A DNA stretch of 62,351 nucleotides, filler included, from Bdellovibrionota bacterium (GTDB lineage Bacteria > Bdellovibrionota > Bdellovibrionia > Bdellovibrionales > JAEYZS01): assembly GCA_963169515.1 (NCBI GenBank). It is 5 parts of 5 records of this genome, joined end to end, with 100 filler letters (N's around TTAATTAATTAA, not from the genome) between each part and the next. Parts side by side here need not be neighbours in the genome. Positions count along the whole stretch, not along the records: positions 52,607 to 58,622 come from CAUJEF010000051.1; positions 58,723 to 62,351 come from CAUJEF010000060.1; 3 more parts are not named here. One strand, 5' to 3'. Positions 57,751 to 62,351 of this stretch are shown piece after piece. Under the pieces are notes generated by a model. That model ran no database searches. It was not told where the DNA came from and was given only the letters and a program-made list of their open reading frames with translations. Position 1 is the first letter of the stretch. Each line of letters begins with the position of its first letter. Made by a program: the position numbers and the translations under genes.

Positions 57751-58380
57751 TTAGATTTTTTTGAAATCACTTTGGCAAGTATTATTCATATTAGGCCGCA
57801 GCGCAATGGTGCGCTCAACCATAAGTGTGAAAATTCGTTCCATTTCGGTTTGAACATGGGGGCCATCGATAATCCCCAGGGCGCGCCCAATGGCTTCGTG
57901 GGTGGCAAGTCCTCCGAGCTTGTGTTCTTTGCGCAGGCGATAATTTGATGGGGTGGAGAGCGGCAGGCGAACTTTGGGTAGACATTTGAGGATCGCCTCG
58001 CGCTTATGCATTTTGCTTGCTTGGCGCCAATTCCCATCAGGGACAATTAAATTATATGGTCCTGGGAATTTTTGTATAAAATCAGTATTCAATTCATAAG
58101 CCTCATCACATAATTGTAGCACCATATTTTGTCGATCAGGTTTTAGTATGCCTTCGGTGTTAAGCATATTTTGTGGGGAACCTCGCAATCGAATTTCGCT
58201 ATTTTTGAGGGCGAGATTAGCGAGCCTTCCTGTATTTGAGGTAGTTTTGATTTCTCGAAAATGCATAATGATTGTTACATAAGTTTTGTTGTCGATCTTG
58301 GGCATTTCAGAGCAAATGCAAAGCTTCAAAAGCATCATGCATGTTTGGCAACGATTGGACTTATCTGGGTTGAACCTCAC
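57751..58380 (-). CDS. DTW-domain tRNA-uridine aminocarboxypropyltransferase (TapT-like)
   Basis: RC..C.....LCIC, H..E...SNTG, DGNW.QA, Y.LR, LAT.EA. Confidence 0.88.
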   Translation of the reverse strand: MRFNPDKSNRCQTCMMLLKLCICSEMPKIDNKTYVTIIMHFREIKTTSNTGRLANLALKNSEIRLRGSPQNMLNTEGILKPDRQNMVLQLCDEAYELNTDFIQKFPGPYNLIVPDGNWRQASKMHKREAILKCLPKVRLPLSTPSNYRLRKEHKLGGLATHEAIGRALGIIDGPHVQTEMERIFTLMVERTIALRPNMNNTCQSDFKKI

Positions 58381-58622
58381 AGTTTACGGTGTTCCTTTAA
58401 AATACATCTATTTGATATTACATGAATACCGGCTTTGCGGGCCTCTTCTTCTGCGGTGGGGTTGGATATGCCCTCTTGAAGCCATAAAACCTTGGCCTTC
58501 AGGCGAATCACGTCTTTAACAATTTCAGGTATGAATTCGCTTGCCCTGAAGACATCCACAATTTCTAGCGGGCCCGGTACATCCTGCAGCTTTTCATAGA
58601 CGGGACGACCCAGGATTTCTTT
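58377..58622 (-). CDS. CoA-binding protein (YccU-like), 5' truncated
   Basis: EILG..VY..L.DVP...EIVDVFR, WLQEGI, NRCI. Confidence 0.88.
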   Translation of the reverse strand, partial: KEILGRPVYEKLQDVPGPLEIVDVFRASEFIPEIVKDVIRLKAKVLWLQEGISNPTAEEEARKAGIHVISNRCILKEHRKL

Positions 58623-58722
58623 NNNNNNNNNNNNNNNNNNNNNNNNNNNNNNNNNNNNNNNNNNNNTTAATTAATTAANNNNNNNNNNNNNNNNNNNNNN
58701 NNNNNNNNNNNNNNNNNNNNNN
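58623..58722. other. Artificial contig linker
   Basis: N44-TTAATTAATTAA-N44. Confidence 0.98.
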
Positions 58723-58724
58723 CG

Positions 58725-58877
58725 CCGCGAGTAGTTCAGGATCAAGATGAAATTAAGGGAGAAGAAATTGTATTTTTGAATAATGGAAAGGAAATTCAAG
58801 TTCGAAAAGCTAAGGCAAAGTTTGAAAAGGAAAATTCAGAACCCGATATAAAATCAAACACGAGGTTAATTCGATGA
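58725..58877 (+). CDS. C-terminus of LptA/OstA-family LPS transport protein
   Basis: [21 protein letters not shown] overlap with lptB. Confidence 0.75.
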   Translation, partial: PRVVQDQDEIKGEEIVFLNNGKEIQVRKAKAKFEKENSEPDIKSNTRLIR

Positions 58878-59596
58878 GCCAGCTGGTTGCAAAAAATCTA
58901 TCAAAATCTTTCAAGAGCAGACACGTAGTTAAAAATGTTTCGTTCCGCGTGAAATCAGGAGAAGTGGTTGGAATTTTGGGGCCAAATGGAGCCGGAAAGA
59001 CCACTAGTTTCTACATGGTCGCGGGATTAGTAAAGCACGACGAAGGTGAAGTGTTCATCGATCAAGAATCAATACAGAATATGCCCCTTTTCCAAAGGGC
59101 TAGACTTGGGTTGTGTTATTTGGCTCAAGAACCAAGTATATTTAGACGATTAACAGTAGAGGAAAACATTCTGGTGGCATTGGAATCACAAGGTTTTGCT
59201 GGACCAGAAAAAATCAAAAGATTAGAGGCTTTATTGGATACTTTCAAAATCGGACATATCAGACATAGCTTTGGCCAATCGCTTTCGGGCGGTGAGCGAC
59301 GCCGCGTAGAAATTGCGCGAGCTCTCGCGTGTCAGCCAAAATTTTTGCTTTTAGATGAACCCTTTGCAGGTATCGATCCGATTGCAGTGGGGGAAATTCA
59401 AAAAATTGTCGGCGATCTCAAGAGCCGAGGAATTGGAATTTTGATTACAGACCACAATGTTCGAGAGACTTTGAGAATTTGTGATTTCGCTTATCTTCTG
59501 AAAGATGGTGAGGTTCAGGTTGAAGGTACGAGCGAAGATATCGCAAATTCCCAAATCGCACGACGCTATTATTTAGGCGAAAATTTTACCTTGTAA
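58874..59596 (+). CDS. lptB: LPS export ABC ATPase
   Basis: [43 protein letters not shown]. Confidence 0.96.
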   Translation: MSQLVAKNLSKSFKSRHVVKNVSFRVKSGEVVGILGPNGAGKTTSFYMVAGLVKHDEGEVFIDQESIQNMPLFQRARLGLCYLAQEPSIFRRLTVEENILVALESQGFAGPEKIKRLEALLDTFKIGHIRHSFGQSLSGGERRRVEIARALACQPKFLLLDEPFAGIDPIAVGEIQKIVGDLKSRGIGILITDHNVRETLRICDFAYLLKDGEVQVEGTSEDIANSQIARRYYLGENFTL

Positions 59597-59620
59597 AGAA
59601 CTTGGTTATAGGAATTTAAA

Positions 59621-61042
59621 ATGGCAATGTATCAAAAAATGGGTTTAAGACAATCGATGGAGTTGAGGATGACGCCTCAACTGCAACAGGCAATTAAGCT
59701 GTTGCAGCTATCCAGATTGGAGCTTGAAAAAGCCATTCAAAAAGAAATCGAAGAAAACCCTGTATTGGAAGAAGTTGTCGATCAACAGGGCGATGACCCT
59801 GCAAAAAATATGGAAACTGACAGTGCTGCTCCGCCTGAATCTGGAGACGTCCAAGACCCCCGTAAGCAGGACGAGTTTGAATGGGAAAATTTTGTTGAAA
59901 GCCAGTATAAGCCACCATCTGGCACCGGCATGAACACCGATGAAATCATGAACTATGAGAATGTGATTACATCAAAACAGACATTGTACGATCATTTGAT
60001 GTGGCAGTTGAATCTTAACGGCTTTAATGATGAAGAATTTAAGCTCGCTTCGATTTTGATTAGCTACATCGATGACGAAGGGTACATCAAAACTCCTTTG
60101 GAGCAAATCGCCGAAGAAGAGGGTGTTGACGCAAAGGAACTGGAAGAGATCCTGCCATTTGTTCAGGAATTTGATCCTGCGGGAATTGGTGCCAGGACAC
60201 TGCAAGAATGTCTTTTGATTCAAGCAAGGCATCTTCAGGAAGACACAAACGACCTTGTTCAAATCATCACAAATCATATTAAAGATTTGGAAAAAAAGAA
60301 CTATGATCGTGTGGCAAAAGAAATGAATGTCCCTCTGGAGCAAGTGATTGACCTTTGTAAAATCATTACAGACATGGACCCAAAGCCGGGCCGCGCATTT
60401 TCAACTCAAGAAGTTCAATACGTAACGCCAGATGTTTACGTTTATAAAGTTGCCGATGAATATGCGATTTCGTTGAATGAAGACGGCCTGCCGCGATTAC
60501 GTGTTTCAAATCTATATAAGAATATTTTGAGCGGCAAAGACAACAATATGACCCAAGATTATATCAAGGAAAAGTTAAAATCGGCAGTATGGTTGATCAA
60601 GTCCATTCATCAGCGTCAGCGCACGATTTACAAAGTAACCGAAGCGATAGTAAAATACCAAAGAGAGTTTTTTGATAAAGGTGCGGCCTTTATCCGGCCT
60701 ATGATTTTACGAGATATTGCAAACGACGTTGGAATTCATGAATCTACAGTAAGCCGCGTGACCACGAACAAATATGTTCATTCGCCACAAGGTATTTTTG
60801 AGCTAAAATACTTTTTTAACTCTGGCGTTTCTAAGACCAACGGTGACTCACTGGCCAGCGAGTCTGTAAAACTCAAAATTAAAGATCTTATAGGCAAAGA
60901 AAACCCAAAAAAACCGCTTTCTGATCAAGAAATCGTAAATATGCTTAAAGCAGACGGCATCCAAATCGCCCGCCGTACGGTTGCCAAATACCGCGATGCT
61001 TTGGGAGTGCTTCCGTCCTCTAGGCGAAAGAAAATGTTTTAG
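59621..61042 (+). CDS. rpoN: RNA polymerase sigma-54 factor
   Basis: MTPQLQQAIKLLQL, HESTVSR, ARRTVAKYR RpoN box. Confidence 0.98.
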   Translation: MAMYQKMGLRQSMELRMTPQLQQAIKLLQLSRLELEKAIQKEIEENPVLEEVVDQQGDDPAKNMETDSAAPPESGDVQDPRKQDEFEWENFVESQYKPPSGTGMNTDEIMNYENVITSKQTLYDHLMWQLNLNGFNDEEFKLASILISYIDDEGYIKTPLEQIAEEEGVDAKELEEILPFVQEFDPAGIGARTLQECLLIQARHLQEDTNDLVQIITNHIKDLEKKNYDRVAKEMNVPLEQVIDLCKIITDMDPKPGRAFSTQEVQYVTPDVYVYKVADEYAISLNEDGLPRLRVSNLYKNILSGKDNNMTQDYIKEKLKSAVWLIKSIHQRQRTIYKVTEAIVKYQREFFDKGAAFIRPMILRDIANDVGIHESTVSRVTTNKYVHSPQGIFELKYFFNSGVSKTNGDSLASESVKLKIKDLIGKENPKKPLSDQEIVNMLKADGIQIARRTVAKYRDALGVLPSSRRKKMF

Positions 61043-61142
61043 GTTTTTAAAAAGACTGCTCAATAATTTTGCAACATTCAATTCGAGACACAAAATCACT
61101 TCAAATTTCAAAATGAGACACCTTTAAACAGCGCATCAGACT

Positions 61143-61169
61143 TAGGTCTAGGTTAGTTTTACCCGATAA
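61143..61169 (+). promoter_or_regulatory. Putative sigma28 (FliA)-type promoter of hpf
   Basis: TAGG-N15-CCCGATAA. Confidence 0.55.
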
Positions 61170-61194
61170 GTATTAACGCGGAAGGGAGCTACAG

Positions 61195-61563
61195 ATGAAG
61201 CTGGAATGTACTTACAAAAGAATTACGCCGAAGGAAGAAATTTACCTGTATTGCCGTCAAAGGCTGAACAAGATTGAGACCTTTTTTAATAATTCCCTTC
61301 ATTGCAGAGTGACCCTAATTGCCCAGCGTTACGATGTGAGGGTGGAAATTCGGGTTGACGGCAACCACACTCACTATAACGCCATGGCAGAACACGATTC
61401 TATCTATGGCGCCATAGATCAAGCCGTTGAAAAAATGCATAAGCAGCTCAATAGAAAGAAAGCTAAAATGAGCGATCGCCGGAACAAAAGAAAGAAAAAG
61501 GACAATCTTGTCTACTTAGACGAAATCCGAGAAGCGCAGTTCAGCTTACGCAAGGTAAATTGA
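61195..61563 (+). CDS. hpf: Ribosome hibernation promoting factor (HPF/RaiA)
   Basis: Follows rpoN; IYGAIDQAVEKM.KQL. Confidence 0.85.
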   Translation: MKLECTYKRITPKEEIYLYCRQRLNKIETFFNNSLHCRVTLIAQRYDVRVEIRVDGNHTHYNAMAEHDSIYGAIDQAVEKMHKQLNRKKAKMSDRRNKRKKKDNLVYLDEIREAQFSLRKVN

Positions 61564-61631
61564 GCTCGCTTTTATTGACGCAGAAACGAATTTGCTGTTA
61601 GTCTTCTCGAAATAAAATTCGGGAGGATTTT

Positions 61632-62351
61632 GTGAAAGACTATTTGTTCACGAGTGAGTCTGTATCAGAGGGCCATCCAGATAAAGTTGCGGATCAGATC
61701 AGTGATTCTGTTTTAGATTTTTGCTTAGACAATGACCCCAAGAGCCGAGTCGCCTGCGAAACGATGGTTTCTAAGGGTCTTTGTGTAATTGCGGGTGAAA
61801 TTACTACGCACGCTAACCCAAACTTTGAGGAGCTTGCGCGAAACACAGTTCGTGAAATTGGATATGATAATCCACTAGAAGGCTTCGACGCTAGCAGCAT
61901 GAAAGTGCTTCTGAACGTCACAAAGCAGAGTCCAGATATTGCGATGGGTGTGGACGCAGCAGAACAAGGTGCCGGCGACCAAGGGATCATGTTTGGTTAT
62001 GCAGTTAACGAAACTTCGGAGCTGATGCCGCTCACATTGAGTTATTCCCATAAGCTGTTAAAAAAACTGTCAGACGCTCGAAAAAAGGAAGGCGTAGCGT
62101 TTGTTCGTCCAGATTCAAAAAGTCAAATTACGGTCGAATACCAAGATGGAAGCCCCAAGCGGATCGATTCAATTGTTGTATCCACCCAGCACACGGAAGA
62201 CGTTTCGTTGGGGCAATTGCGCGAATACTTAATTGATGCCGTTATAAAGAAAACTATCGAAAGCAAATGGATCGACAACAAAACAAAAATTTATGTAAAT
62301 CCCACAGGCCGTTTTGTGTTTGGTGGTCCAGCTGCAGATTGTGGACTGACT
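61632..62351 (+). CDS. metK: S-adenosylmethionine synthase (runs off window end)
   Basis: GTG start; FTSESVSEGHPDK.ADQISD, GAGDQG, NPTGRFVFGGP..DCGLT. Confidence 0.97.
   Translation, partial: MKDYLFTSESVSEGHPDKVADQISDSVLDFCLDNDPKSRVACETMVSKGLCVIAGEITTHANPNFEELARNTVREIGYDNPLEGFDASSMKVLLNVTKQSPDIAMGVDAAEQGAGDQGIMFGYAVNETSELMPLTLSYSHKLLKKLSDARKKEGVAFVRPDSKSQITVEYQDGSPKRIDSIVVSTQHTEDVSLGQLREYLIDAVIKKTIESKWIDNKTKIYVNPTGRFVFGGPAADCGLT

Noticed and set aside
61564..61631. SAM riboswitch upstream of metK
   Set aside because: Only 68 nt, mostly a sigma70-like promoter (TTGACG-N17-TAGTCT) and a small hairpin; no SAM aptamer consensus
77..61990. Many short antisense or alternative-frame ORFs in the ORF track
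   Set aside because: They overlap well-supported genes and lack motifs or RBS

Overview
Bacterial genomic DNA, most consistent with a predatory Bdellovibrionota (Bdellovibrionales-like) organism; this is inferred from gene content, not from a search. The window is five contigs joined by artificial 100-nt linkers (N44-TTAATTAATTAA-N44), so adjacency across linkers is not biological. Most of it is housekeeping: asnS-pcc-mut, pdp/punA, pilT, RNase G/E, rplU-rpmA-obgE-nadD/rsfS-rlmH-gpmI, hslO, nrdR-nusB, tadA, rpsU, prfC, lptAB-rpoN-hpf and metK. These are interspersed with secreted proteases, MIDAS/VWA lipoproteins and secreted orphans. The most notable locus is the edge of an island at tRNA-Ser(GGA), 42370-44535. 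A large serine recombinase ORF has no stop before the junction and reads through the whole tRNA antisense. Its att arm is an inverted mimic of the tRNA T-arm centred on the CCA end. Upstream lie an unannotated coupled 46-aa ORF and a ~96-nt hairpin with an IS3 element inserted at its base. Other highlights are a secreted tandem uracil-DNA-glycosylase-fold protein, a possible secreted ADP-ribosyltransferase-fold protein, sigma54 sites in front of 'FQNC' lipoproteins, and a sigma54-driven switch-like structured leader ahead of a pseudo-cyclase gene.
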